Below, one piece after another: positions 17,278-26,250 of a stretch of DNA of 64,000 bases. This stretch comes from Nannocystales bacterium. Its GTDB lineage: Bacteria; Myxococcota_A; Polyangia; Nannocystales; Nannocystaceae. Position 1 is the first letter of the stretch, and every line of letters starts with the position of its first letter. The stretch covers positions 30,314-94,313 of the forward strand of contig JBOEGF010000009.1 of NCBI GenBank assembly GCA_050633305.1, read 5' to 3'. The position numbers and the translations under genes were made by a program. Below the pieces are notes generated by a model that was given only the letters and a program-made list of their open reading frames with translations, was not told the origin of the DNA and did no database searches.

Positions 17278-19910
17278 GTTGCGATCGCTCCCTCGCCGCC
17301 GTCTGCTTCTTGGTCTTCGACCAACTCTTCCTGGTCGCGGTAGGGCTCCTTGATACGTTTGAGGTTGACCCGGACGTAGTTCTTGCCGCTTGAGTGCTTC
17401 GTCTCGGGGAACGAGATCCCCAGTCCGATCACGTGTTCGACCGCGTTCAGTGGCTCGGACTCGACGGGCTTCTTCGTCTTCTTCTTTGTCTTCTTCGGGA
17501 TCGAGTGTCTTGAGATCGGAATAATCACCAACAATGGCGGGTCCGACGGAGTTCGCCGGATCTGCTCGTTGCGGGCGTCCTTCCTGCGCTTCTCGGAGAC
17601 GTCGAGATTCCAGAATGTCTGTGACGTGATCGTTCCGAGATTCGCTCCCCCTGTCGTGCCAACCAGTTGTCTGGAGCGGTTGACGAGGTTGACGTCGACG
17701 TTCGGCGCCAAGAGGAGCGTCTCAAGCTCCGGAGAGGCCTCGCGCCGCTGAACGACGGCGATGCTCCAGTTGGTCAAGCCGCCGAGATTGTTCTCTTGGC
17801 GGATGTACTCGCAGATAGGTGCACTCTGGACACTCGGCTGGTCCTCATGGAACGCGTAGGCCTCAAGAAACTCAAGGACAGCTTCCACAGGGGCGCCCCG
17901 ATAGACGCGCTGGTGCCCGACGATCTCCGGATTGCCGAGCTTGGAGAGAAGGGTGCGCGTTGCCGCGAGATTGGAGTCGAGCCACTGTTCGTCGGTGTGC
18001 TTGAAGATGCGAGTTTGGGTGGTTGTGCCGGCGAAAGAGATGTCGCACTCTACCGAGTGGGCCATCTTGAGCCGCGACGTCACCGTCATTCCAGGGTGCG
18101 TTCGGACGCGCACCCCGAACTCCTCGGGCGTCATATTGTCCGTGTCGTAGCGTGAGATGTCGTTTCGAATCTCATGCTCGACGGTTGCGAGCATCCGGAA
18201 TGACTTCCTCAGCTCCGCCGTCATCCAAATCCGGGGTAGATCCTGATACCCGAAGCGGTAGCCGAACCACCGCCCCATTTGCAGGAGCGTGTCATAGGCT
18301 GACGCGGACCGGACGAAGAGGCTAACTAGGAGCCCCTCGAGGGTGAGCCCACGAGAGAGGGTATTCCCTCCGATGGCGATTTGGATTCGGTCGCCTTCGG
18401 TGTAGTTTAGCCGATCGAGACTCTCGCCGTTCTCCACGAGGAGGTGGGCCTCCTCCATGACGGAAAGGAGGTGGGGCTTCAACTCGGTGAAGTCGTGCCG
18501 AGGACAGCCGAATCGTGCCGGATCGACCTTGTCTACTTCTGCCTCCCACCTCTCCTCCAGCCTTTTCAGGACCTTCTCGTCCTCCTTCTTCACCGCCCGC
18601 CGCGTTTTCTTCCACCAGTTCTCGACCTTCTCGCAGATCAGCCAGTGCGAACTCGCGTACAGGGTAGTGTGAACGAGCATCGAGCAGTGGCCCTGCTGCC
18701 CCCGAACACGACGCGCAGCGCAGGAGAGAATGAAGTACTGCAGCGCCGCCTCGAGCGACGCCGTGACCTTGGGCGTGAAAGTCTCGCGGTCCTTCGCCCC
18801 TTGCGGCCTCAGGTTCAGAACCTCTTTGGCGTCGACCAGGCGGATCATGTCGAGCCCGTCTGACTCGAAACTGTCGTCGTCTTCCCGCAACCGCTCTCGC
18901 CCAAACAGCGTCTCCGCACCGAAGTACCCCGCCGGCTTAGGAAGCGACACGATGAACGAACTCGGGTAGAGGTCGTCGCCCTTCGGGTCGATGAGGACGT
19001 TCGCGAATGGCGTAGCGGTGTAGCCTACGTACGCGACCTTCGGCAGGCTATCGAGTAGCTTGAGGATCTGCTTGTTGATGGCGGTTCGAACATTCTCATC
19101 ACGCGACGCGTTGAGTCCGGCCTGATCTGCCTCGTCATCGATAATCAGCGTGGGGCAGCTAGCCAACACCGACGGATCGCCACCGTCGACCCACTTCAAC
19201 AGTCGCTTCAGCACGTAGTAGTTTTTCTTCACCACGCACAAGATCCGGAGGTGCGAGCCCTCGGTGAGGAGCGCGTTCGTGTTTCCTCCCGCGGAGGGGG
19301 TGAAGTCCTTGTCGATGGACGTCGGGCTCAGCCACTGCTTGTCATTGAGTTCGATGAGCTCTTTCCCGAGCCGCTTCTGGGTCTGAGAGCGCAAGGAGTT
19401 ATGGATGCCCGCAAGCACGATGATAAGGCGATATCCGACGTCAGCGGCCTTTGCGATGAGGCCGGTGTAGTTAGCTGTCTTGCCACTCTGGACGTACCCT
19501 ACGACCAGCCCCTTCGTTTTGAATCGTCCGTACCCGGGGTGCTGCATCAAGGACAGGATCTTGGTAGTTGCTGTGTCGATGGATTCGACCGTGTCCGGGT
19601 TCCACTTCTTCTTCTCAAGAAGGTACTTCTGAAGCGCCGGCCAGCACTTGTCCGATTCGTGCGGGCCCGCGTACCAGCTCGTGGCCCCGGGGGCCCGGAC
19701 GGTGATAGGATCCTTGAGCAGACGGATGATGCCGACGCGTTCCTCGTAGAGCTTCAACGCCGCTTTCGCAGGCTTGTCTCCGACCATACTGCGCAGGTCG
19801 TCGAAGGCCTCCTTTGGGGGCGCGCCACCGCTGATCATGCGCGAGAGCATCTTCTCGTAGTTGCGCTCTTCGGGGGTTGCGTTGGCCCCGGCTTTGTCTA
19901 GTTCTTTCAT
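17274..19910 (-). CDS. Z1 domain-containing SF2 helicase-like protein
   Basis: GYVQSGKT, IIDDEAD, YTATP, LSRGLTLEGL and LLQMGRWFGYR motifs. Confidence 0.92.
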   Translation of the reverse strand: MKELDKAGANATPEERNYEKMLSRMISGGAPPKEAFDDLRSMVGDKPAKAALKLYEERVGIIRLLKDPITVRAPGATSWYAGPHESDKCWPALQKYLLEKKKWNPDTVESIDTATTKILSLMQHPGYGRFKTKGLVVGYVQSGKTANYTGLIAKAADVGYRLIIVLAGIHNSLRSQTQKRLGKELIELNDKQWLSPTSIDKDFTPSAGGNTNALLTEGSHLRILCVVKKNYYVLKRLLKWVDGGDPSVLASCPTLIIDDEADQAGLNASRDENVRTAINKQILKLLDSLPKVAYVGYTATPFANVLIDPKGDDLYPSSFIVSLPKPAGYFGAETLFGRERLREDDDSFESDGLDMIRLVDAKEVLNLRPQGAKDRETFTPKVTASLEAALQYFILSCAARRVRGQQGHCSMLVHTTLYASSHWLICEKVENWWKKTRRAVKKEDEKVLKRLEERWEAEVDKVDPARFGCPRHDFTELKPHLLSVMEEAHLLVENGESLDRLNYTEGDRIQIAIGGNTLSRGLTLEGLLVSLFVRSASAYDTLLQMGRWFGYRFGYQDLPRIWMTAELRKSFRMLATVEHEIRNDISRYDTDNMTPEEFGVRVRTHPGMTVTSRLKMAHSVECDISFAGTTTQTRIFKHTDEQWLDSNLAATRTLLSKLGNPEIVGHQRVYRGAPVEAVLEFLEAYAFHEDQPSVQSAPICEYIRQENNLGGLTNWSIAVVQRREASPELETLLLAPNVDVNLVNRSRQLVGTTGGANLGTITSQTFWNLDVSEKRRKDARNEQIRRTPSDPPLLVIIPISRHSIPKKTKKKTKKPVESEPLNAVEHVIGLGISFPETKHSSGKNYVRVNLKRIKEPYRDQEELVEDQEADGGEGAIAT

Positions 19911-19950
19911 TCCGCGGCGTGAACAATACCGAACCGCCAAGTCCGCGTCG

Positions 19951-20336
19951 CTAGGCGCTCAGCGTCGATTCGAACCGGCTCCTCAGCCGTCGGAGCAACG
20001 CGTCGGGCTTACGCCTCTGGCATTTCCACACCACGGGTGCGCGCACGCCTCGCCGCTTCAATTCGGACTGCACGCGCCGATCAAACAATGTTTCGATTGA
20101 ACTTGGCGAGCCGAACCTCGGTGTTTCGCTTGGGCGTGGTGGCGGGCAGGCAGAAACATCCGTGCACGAATATTGCCAAAGCCCTGCGTCCGGCTGGCGA
20201 GGTCGTGGCGTCCGGCGAGGTTCTGGGTGCCAAGACGATACCGATGGCCGAGCGGAGACGAGGCCGCGAACGATGAACTCGGGCTTCACGGCCGGCCATG
20301 CGCATCGACGTAGGATTGTCGACTACAACCGGGCAT
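19951..20336 (-). pseudogene. vsr: Very short patch repair endonuclease pseudogene
   Basis: Fragments in different frames: SMRMAG, KPEFIVR, AIFVHGCF, TPKRNT..LAKF.RN, DRRVQSELKRRG..VVWKC. Confidence 0.8.
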
Positions 20337-20348
20337 CCGTCGCGCGCG

Positions 20349-21521
20349 CTAGCCGGCCCGCATCGCGTCGAGATGGGAGCGGACCGTCTTGATGAAGCCG
20401 GGCGGGAAGCGAAGCTTGGCCTTTGTCGTCCGGGACAGGAAGCCGGCCGTTGCTCGCTCGGAGAGCAGGGTCGGCTCGTGCCGGAGGAACTCGACGAGCG
20501 AGGATTGCTTGTATTGCACCGGCCATGCACTAAGGACGGTCGTGCGACGACCGTCGCCAACGTTCCACGCCGCGCGCGGCCACGGCCGGCCGCGGTCGAT
20601 TTCTTTCACGAGTGCCAGCTCGAACGCGGCCGGGTTTGCAAGGCGGCGACCGATCCACTTCGCGACCGGAACGGAAACGGCGTTGCCGACGAGACGCCAG
20701 CGGTACGAGGCGCGGCCGACGGTTGCCGCAGGCCTCGTCCAGCCGGCGCGGAAACCCTGCATCCGCTCGGCGTCGCGGAGGTGAGGCTTGACCAGCGTGC
20801 CGGCGGGAAGGCGGATTGCCGGCGGCGACGGAATGCCAATCGACGAGCCGCCCTTGAGAGTCGGGACCGCGTCGACCGCCCAGCCGAGTCCGCGCAGCCC
20901 CTCCGTCCAATAGAAACCGCACGCCACTTCGTCGATGTCGAGACCGGACATGTCCGGAGCACCGACGTCGTCAGCGAACAAGACGTGCCGCGGATCTTCC
21001 TCAAGGGACGCAACGATGAAGACCCGCTCGCGCCGCTGCGGGAGCCCGAAGGCGCGTGAGTCGACAACACGGTACGCCCACTTGTAGCCGAGTTCCTCCA
21101 GCGCAGAGACGATGACCTCAAGCGCGCGCCCCCTGGAGAGCTGCAACATGAACGGTACGTTCTCAAGCACCAGCCACGGGATCGGCCTCGCGCGCGCGAG
21201 CCGAAACACCTCGCCGACCAACCCCGACTTTGCGCCCCGAATCCCCTTGGTCTGCCCGGCCTGGCTCAGGTCCTGGCACGGGAACCCGGCAGTGACGACG
21301 TCGGTCTCCTTGGGTAGGGCCTTCAGCTCCCGCACGTCGCCGACAAGCCGGACATGCCCGAACTCCTTGGCGAGGACGGCGGACGCGGCGGGGTCGCTTT
21401 CACACAGGAGCACGGTCTCGTGCTTCGCCCGCTCCATGCCAAGCTCGAACCCGCCGATCCCCGCGAACAATCCCGCGACGCGGAGTGGCCGCATGGGCCC
21501 GTCGGGTGCGTCGGCGCGCAT
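20349..21521 (-). CDS. DNA (cytosine-5)-methyltransferase
   Basis: FAGIGG, GFPCQD, ENV, QRRERVF and GNAV motifs; start at 21521 or 21494. Confidence 0.95.
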   Translation of the reverse strand: MRADAPDGPMRPLRVAGLFAGIGGFELGMERAKHETVLLCESDPAASAVLAKEFGHVRLVGDVRELKALPKETDVVTAGFPCQDLSQAGQTKGIRGAKSGLVGEVFRLARARPIPWLVLENVPFMLQLSRGRALEVIVSALEELGYKWAYRVVDSRAFGLPQRRERVFIVASLEEDPRHVLFADDVGAPDMSGLDIDEVACGFYWTEGLRGLGWAVDAVPTLKGGSSIGIPSPPAIRLPAGTLVKPHLRDAERMQGFRAGWTRPAATVGRASYRWRLVGNAVSVPVAKWIGRRLANPAAFELALVKEIDRGRPWPRAAWNVGDGRRTTVLSAWPVQYKQSSLVEFLRHEPTLLSERATAGFLSRTTKAKLRFPPGFIKTVRSHLDAMRAG

Positions 21522-21890
21522 GCCGAGTTCGACGCCGGAGATCGGCAGCTGGGAATCGTCGTTCACCGGGATTGTCGGAGTTTGCCGCGTCGCAGATCGC
21601 GACGCAAGGTGGCCATCAGGGCCAGGAACGGAAACTCCGCATAGTGTGCGCCAGCCAAGAGGGGGGAGGCGGGATCTCCTGCACCAGGCTGCAACCCGGC
21701 CACCCCCCCCAAAACCAGCGAACACCCCCTGAACCCGTACCGCGCTTGCCTACTCGGAACGCGACTACCTTGGCTTCGTCGTGCAACCAGGTTTCTACTG
21801 GCTCTGGGTCCGGTGCGGATAGGCGACGCGCGGACGCATGATGCCAGCCGCGATGGGAGGCCAGCACGACAGGGCTGAGGGGGGCTCGCC

Positions 21891-22229
21891 TTGCAGAACG
21901 AGGGCCGCCTCAATCAGACACTCGAACTCTACGAGGAAGCGGCGGCTCTCGCCGAAAAGGCCGAGGGTAGCGAGCAAATCGGCAGCGGGATCTCGCACAA
22001 CAACACTGGGAACATCCTCATGGAGCTGCACCGGCCGGCCGAGGCGCTCGCGCAAAACACCAAAAGCCAGGAAATCCTCGAGCGCGGGCTCGGGACAGAT
22101 CGGGCGGCTCGCCCTCGTCAAACGCATGCTCGGCGAGATCCGCGTGCAGCCGCTGCAGCGAGGCGTCCGCCTCCTCGACGATGTCGCGAGCACTCCTTCC
22201 GCTCGTCACACCTTGCAACACCTCCATGA
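21891..22229 (+). pseudogene. Tetratricopeptide-repeat gene remnant
   Basis: SHNNTGNILMELHRPAEAL..SQEILERGLG resembles the TPRs of 55187..57757; frame breaks after it. Confidence 0.5.
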
Positions 22230-22402
22230 GAACCGCCTCCCCGCCTGCCTGCTGACTCGGCGTGTCCGTGGCCGACGCAGGCGCTCTCGCTGTCATTTTC
22301 CTCGGAGCGGGAGCAACCGAGACCACCTGAACACCCGCCGATTCAGACCTCGGTTTTCGGGCCTATCTGCCGCCCCGTGGCCACCCACCCACCCGTGGCA
22401 AC

Positions 22403-22430
22403 ACCTCCGATAACAATGGTTATGTCGGCT
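22403..22430 (+). other. dif: dif-like XerC/XerD recombination site
   Basis: ACCTCCGATAA-CAATGG-TTATGTCGGCT: 11-6-11 layout with ATAA-N6-TTATGT core; the only such motif I found in the window. Confidence 0.7.
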
Positions 22431-24063
22431 AACCGCTTTTATCAAGCACTGACTCCACCCGCCCGTCCGCCACCCCCAACGCCTCCTCCGCCGCCGACAC
22501 CCCATTACAAAACGCCTGCTCAAACAACGGCACCCCACCCACATCCGTCGCACAAGGAATCACCACACCCACGCTCCTCCTCGCCAACCCCAACCCGTCC
22601 CCAAACAACAACCCCGGCACCGGCCGGATCATCGCGTGCCCCCACCGAGCAAACTCCATGCTCCGAATCGTCTCCCCGATCCCCGGATGCATCCCCTCCA
22701 ACCCCGCGGTCACCCCACTGGCCAGCTTCTCCAACGAAGCCCCCAACAACGCCCCGCGCCCAGCCTCCAGCCCGCGCTCCGCGGTCGCCACATACGCGTC
22801 GTAAAACGACAGCACGCTCCCGCGCTTCGTTTCCGCATCCACCAGCGACTCCCCGTGCGTCGAGACCACGTACCCGAGGTGCGAAGCCTCCACGTCCACG
22901 TTGTCCCAAGCCAGCGGCGCCCCAATCCCGCCCGGACGCTTGTCGACCGCCACGTTCGCCACCAACCACGGCGTGTACGTCAGCGCCCCCCGAGGCAGTG
23001 GGTCGCTCGCCACCACATGCCGCAGCACAAACCGTGGCGCGGCCCAGATGATGCTCTGCGCCGAAATCTCCACCACCGACTTCTTCGCAAAGTCCCACGC
23101 ATGCGCCACCCCAGCGCTCGCGTCGATATCAAACACGATCAGCCCCGTCCGACGCCGCGGATCCAGCTCCGCCGCGTCCGCAACCTTCGCAACCAACTCT
23201 CCATTACCGCCGGGCCACATCAGCGTCACCCGCTCATGCGTCTCTTCCAACCCGCGGCACAGATAGTGATGCAGCCCCGCAAACGCCGACGTGTCTTCTA
23301 ACCGCGTCCCATAGTCATCCCGGCACGCATAGTCCACAGCCCACCGCAGCCGCCAACTCTCAAACCCGTGCTTCCGCAGATACGCATCCATCGACAGCGC
23401 ATCCAGCTCCCGCCGATCCACACTGCTGCGTTCCACCGGCAGATCAAACAACCGGCGCCCGTCCGACCCCCGCGTCTTCTCCAGCTCCCGCAGGTGGTCC
23501 CACCAACGGTCCCACTGCGCGGCTTCCTCGGGCGTCTGTCCCATCCCCGGGTACAGCCCCTCGAACCATTGTCCCTTGTACCGATGCCGCTCCACCGGAG
23601 CCCGACACACAATGCTCGGGTCATACTCCGCTCGCCCCGCAGCGTCGGTCCCAAACTCCACCCCGACCTCGCGCAGCAACAAGTGCATCAGCTCGAAGTC
23701 CGGGTGCGGACTCGGCAGATAGTGCGCCCCCATCGGATACTTCGACCGAGCACTCTGCCCCGAAGCCGCCGTGCCGCCGCCCGAATCCTCGAGTTCGACC
23801 ACCAGGTAGTCCTCCATCCCCGCCCGATGCAGTCGCCACGCCGCAGCCGTCCCCGCAGCTCCCGCGCCCACGATCAGCGTGTTCACCTTCACCCGCTCCG
23901 ACGCCGCCTCCGCAGGCTTCCCCATCCGCAGCATGTGCCCACGCTCCGGACTCTGCCCCACGAACTTCAGCGACACCGGCTCGCGCTTCGCCCCCCGCTC
24001 GCACCCCGTGGCCACCGCAGACGCAGCCATCCCCGCCAACACGCTGCGCCGCTTGATGCTCAT
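22429..24063 (-). CDS. FAD-dependent oxidoreductase (amine oxidase-like), Tat/lipoprotein-type N-terminus
   Basis: KRRSVL signal, IVGAGAAG, GAHY, ACRDDYG and RWGHAM motifs; overlaps the speE-like stop. Confidence 0.85.
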   Translation of the reverse strand: MSIKRRSVLAGMAASAVATGCERGAKREPVSLKFVGQSPERGHMLRMGKPAEAASERVKVNTLIVGAGAAGTAAAWRLHRAGMEDYLVVELEDSGGGTAASGQSARSKYPMGAHYLPSPHPDFELMHLLLREVGVEFGTDAAGRAEYDPSIVCRAPVERHRYKGQWFEGLYPGMGQTPEEAAQWDRWWDHLRELEKTRGSDGRRLFDLPVERSSVDRRELDALSMDAYLRKHGFESWRLRWAVDYACRDDYGTRLEDTSAFAGLHHYLCRGLEETHERVTLMWPGGNGELVAKVADAAELDPRRRTGLIVFDIDASAGVAHAWDFAKKSVVEISAQSIIWAAPRFVLRHVVASDPLPRGALTYTPWLVANVAVDKRPGGIGAPLAWDNVDVEASHLGYVVSTHGESLVDAETKRGSVLSFYDAYVATAERGLEAGRGALLGASLEKLASGVTAGLEGMHPGIGETIRSMEFARWGHAMIRPVPGLLFGDGLGLARRSVGVVIPCATDVGGVPLFEQAFCNGVSAAEEALGVADGRVESVLDKSG

Positions 24064-25763
24064 GGACGCGGCCGCTGCACGATCGGGTTCTTCAGATCCG
24101 CCTCATAATAATGAACCAGCATCTGGTCATTGAGCCGATTGATCTCCACATCCAGCGGCTGCTGATCCGCCGGAAACACAAACAGCGTCGGCAGTATCTC
24201 GTCGCTCAGAAACTTCATCTCAATCTCCGGCGGTAGCTCCCGCGGCGCCTCGATCTTCTGCGGGCTGATCAACGCAAACCCCCAGTCCCCAAAGCTCGGC
24301 ACCAACGCGTGATACGGCACCGGATTCAAGTCCGCCGCCTTCAGCGTATCGACCACGCACCAATACGAGCGCGGTGCCAGATACGGCGACGTTGCCTGCA
24401 CCACGCCAACCCCCCCAGGCTTCAGATTGCTCCGCAGCAGTCGATAAAACGCCCGCGTATACAGCTTGCCCAGCGAGAAGTTGTTCGGGTCCGGCAGGTC
24501 CACAATCGCCAGATCAAACCCAGCCTTGCCCTCCCGCCGCCGCGCCAGCAGCCACTCCATCGCATCCGCGTTGTGCACATGCACCCGCGGATCCGAGAAC
24601 GCCTGGTCGTTGAGCCCCGAGAGCACCGGGTGCGTCCCAAACAGCTGCGTCATCGTGGGGTCCAGGTCCACCAGATCGATGCGCTCGATCTGCGGATGCT
24701 TGAGCACCTCCCGGATCCCCAGCCCATCACCGCCGCCGAGCACCACCGCATGAATCGGCCCGTTGTGCGCCGCCATGCTCGTGGCCGGGTGCACCAGCGC
24801 CTCGTGGTACCGGTGCTCATCCGTGCTCGAGAACTGCAGGTTGCCGTCGATGAACAACCGGATGTCGCTTTGCCACCGCGTGATCGTCAGCCGCTGATAC
24901 GGCGTCTTCTTCGAGAAGATCACCGGGAAGTCATACAGCTGCGACTCCCCAAACTCCTCCAGCTGCGGACCCATCGTGAACCCCGCGCCCAGCAGCACAA
25001 CGACCACCGCGGCCTGCGTCTGCATCCACCGCGGCCGCTTCAGCGCCGAGGCAAACGACACCGCCGACCACACCGCAATCCCCCCATTGAGCAGCCCAAA
25101 GAACAGGCTCGTCCGCACCAACCCCAGGTAGGGCAGCAGCGCCAGCGGAAACAACACGCTCGCCGCCAGCGACCCCAGGTAGTCAAACGCCAGCACCCGG
25201 GCCACCAGGTCCTTGAGCGACGCAGGCCGAGCCTCGTCCTCCTCCCCGGCCAGGATCCGCATCAGCAGCGGAATCTCCAGGCCCACCATCGTGCCGATCG
25301 TGAACAGGATCCCAAACAGCAGCGGCCGCACCGAAGCCAGCCACGCAAACCCCAAAAACAACGCCGCGGCCGAGAACCCGCCGACGAGCGCGATGATCAG
25401 CTGGATCTGAATGAACCGCGCATGCACGTCGCGCTCGACGTACTTGCTCAGCCACGAGCCCACGCCCATGGCGCTGAGATACACGCCGATGACCAGGCTC
25501 CACTGGGTGACCGAGTCGCCCAGCAGGTATGACGCCATCGTCGCGCAGATCAGCTCATAGACCAGCCCACACGTCGCGACGACGAGGACCGAGAGCAGGA
25601 TGAAGCGCGGCTTGATCGGCGGCGCAGAGGGAGCCGCAGGCCCATACTCGGCAGGCGCGGCCACCGACGGACCGGAGGTCTTGGAAGCCCCAGCGTCTTC
25701 GCCAGAGGAAGCCGGTGCGTCGTCGTCGGAATCGGCCACGGCGCGCGGGCTCCCAAAGACCAA
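24060..25763 (-). CDS. speE: Membrane-bound polyamine aminopropyltransferase (spermidine synthase)
   Basis: N-terminal TM domain (CGLVYEL), LQFSS.DE.RYHE, LGGGDG, VDLPDP; exact start uncertain. Confidence 0.88.
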   Translation of the reverse strand: MVFGSPRAVADSDDDAPASSGEDAGASKTSGPSVAAPAEYGPAAPSAPPIKPRFILLSVLVVATCGLVYELICATMASYLLGDSVTQWSLVIGVYLSAMGVGSWLSKYVERDVHARFIQIQLIIALVGGFSAAALFLGFAWLASVRPLLFGILFTIGTMVGLEIPLLMRILAGEEDEARPASLKDLVARVLAFDYLGSLAASVLFPLALLPYLGLVRTSLFFGLLNGGIAVWSAVSFASALKRPRWMQTQAAVVVVLLGAGFTMGPQLEEFGESQLYDFPVIFSKKTPYQRLTITRWQSDIRLFIDGNLQFSSTDEHRYHEALVHPATSMAAHNGPIHAVVLGGGDGLGIREVLKHPQIERIDLVDLDPTMTQLFGTHPVLSGLNDQAFSDPRVHVHNADAMEWLLARRREGKAGFDLAIVDLPDPNNFSLGKLYTRAFYRLLRSNLKPGGVGVVQATSPYLAPRSYWCVVDTLKAADLNPVPYHALVPSFGDWGFALISPQKIEAPRELPPEIEMKFLSDEILPTLFVFPADQQPLDVEINRLNDQMLVHYYEADLKNPIVQRPRP

Positions 25764-25782
25764 TGGCGAGAGCCCGGCGGGC

Positions 25783-26028
25783 TCAGCCCTGGACGGCCGA
25801 GCTGATGATCAGCGCGATGCCGATGATCACCGAGCCGATGATGATGCCCAGCGAGGTGTTCTGGTCCTCCTCGATCTCCTTGCGGATCGAGAACGGCGCC
25901 ACCTTCACGATGATGAAGAACGCGAGGCCGAACAGGCCGATGCCGATGAGCGAGTAGATCAGCGCGCCGAGGAGCTGAGGGACGTCGAGCATCTGAGCGA
26001 CGAGGATCGAGTTGAACTGGGGTGCCAT
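25783..26028 (-). CDS. DUF350 small membrane protein
   Basis: Two TM helices around PFSIRKEIEEDQNTSLGI. Confidence 0.85.
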   Translation of the reverse strand: MAPQFNSILVAQMLDVPQLLGALIYSLIGIGLFGLAFFIIVKVAPFSIRKEIEEDQNTSLGIIIGSVIIGIALIISSAVQG

Positions 26029-26029
26029 G

Positions 26030-26239
26030 TCATTTGCCTCCTTGGTAACCGCCGCCGAGCCAAATGAAGGCCGGACCGCCGCGAATCGTACGCCTGCCGC
26101 TGCCGTTTTTGTCGCTGGTGTCTGTGGTGACCTTGCCCGTCTGGGGGGTGCCGGTCAAAAGAGCGCCGCTGGGCGCCGCGAACAGCAGCATTCCCAGCGA
26201 ACCGAAGCCACACACGGCGTAGATGATGTTTCGAATCAT
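26030..26239 (-). CDS. Small membrane-anchored/secreted protein ending GGGYQGGK
   Basis: AAGGA RBS, hydrophobic N-terminus, tight operon spacing. Confidence 0.7.
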   Translation of the reverse strand: MIRNIIYAVCGFGSLGMLLFAAPSGALLTGTPQTGKVTTDTSDKNGSGRRTIRGGPAFIWLGGGYQGGK

Positions 26240-26250
26240 GGTGCTGTCCT

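Larger units (their letters stand above)
9877..22430. mobile_element. Putative defence genomic island between the tyrosine recombinase and the dif-like site
   Basis: Recombinase, RM-like operon, gene remnants and visibly more A/T-rich Z1 region; no flanking direct repeat found. Confidence 0.4.

Noticed and set aside
22377..23051. Pro-rich 224-aa plus-strand ORF
   Set aside because: Product of the C-rich strand bias opposite the oxidase gene
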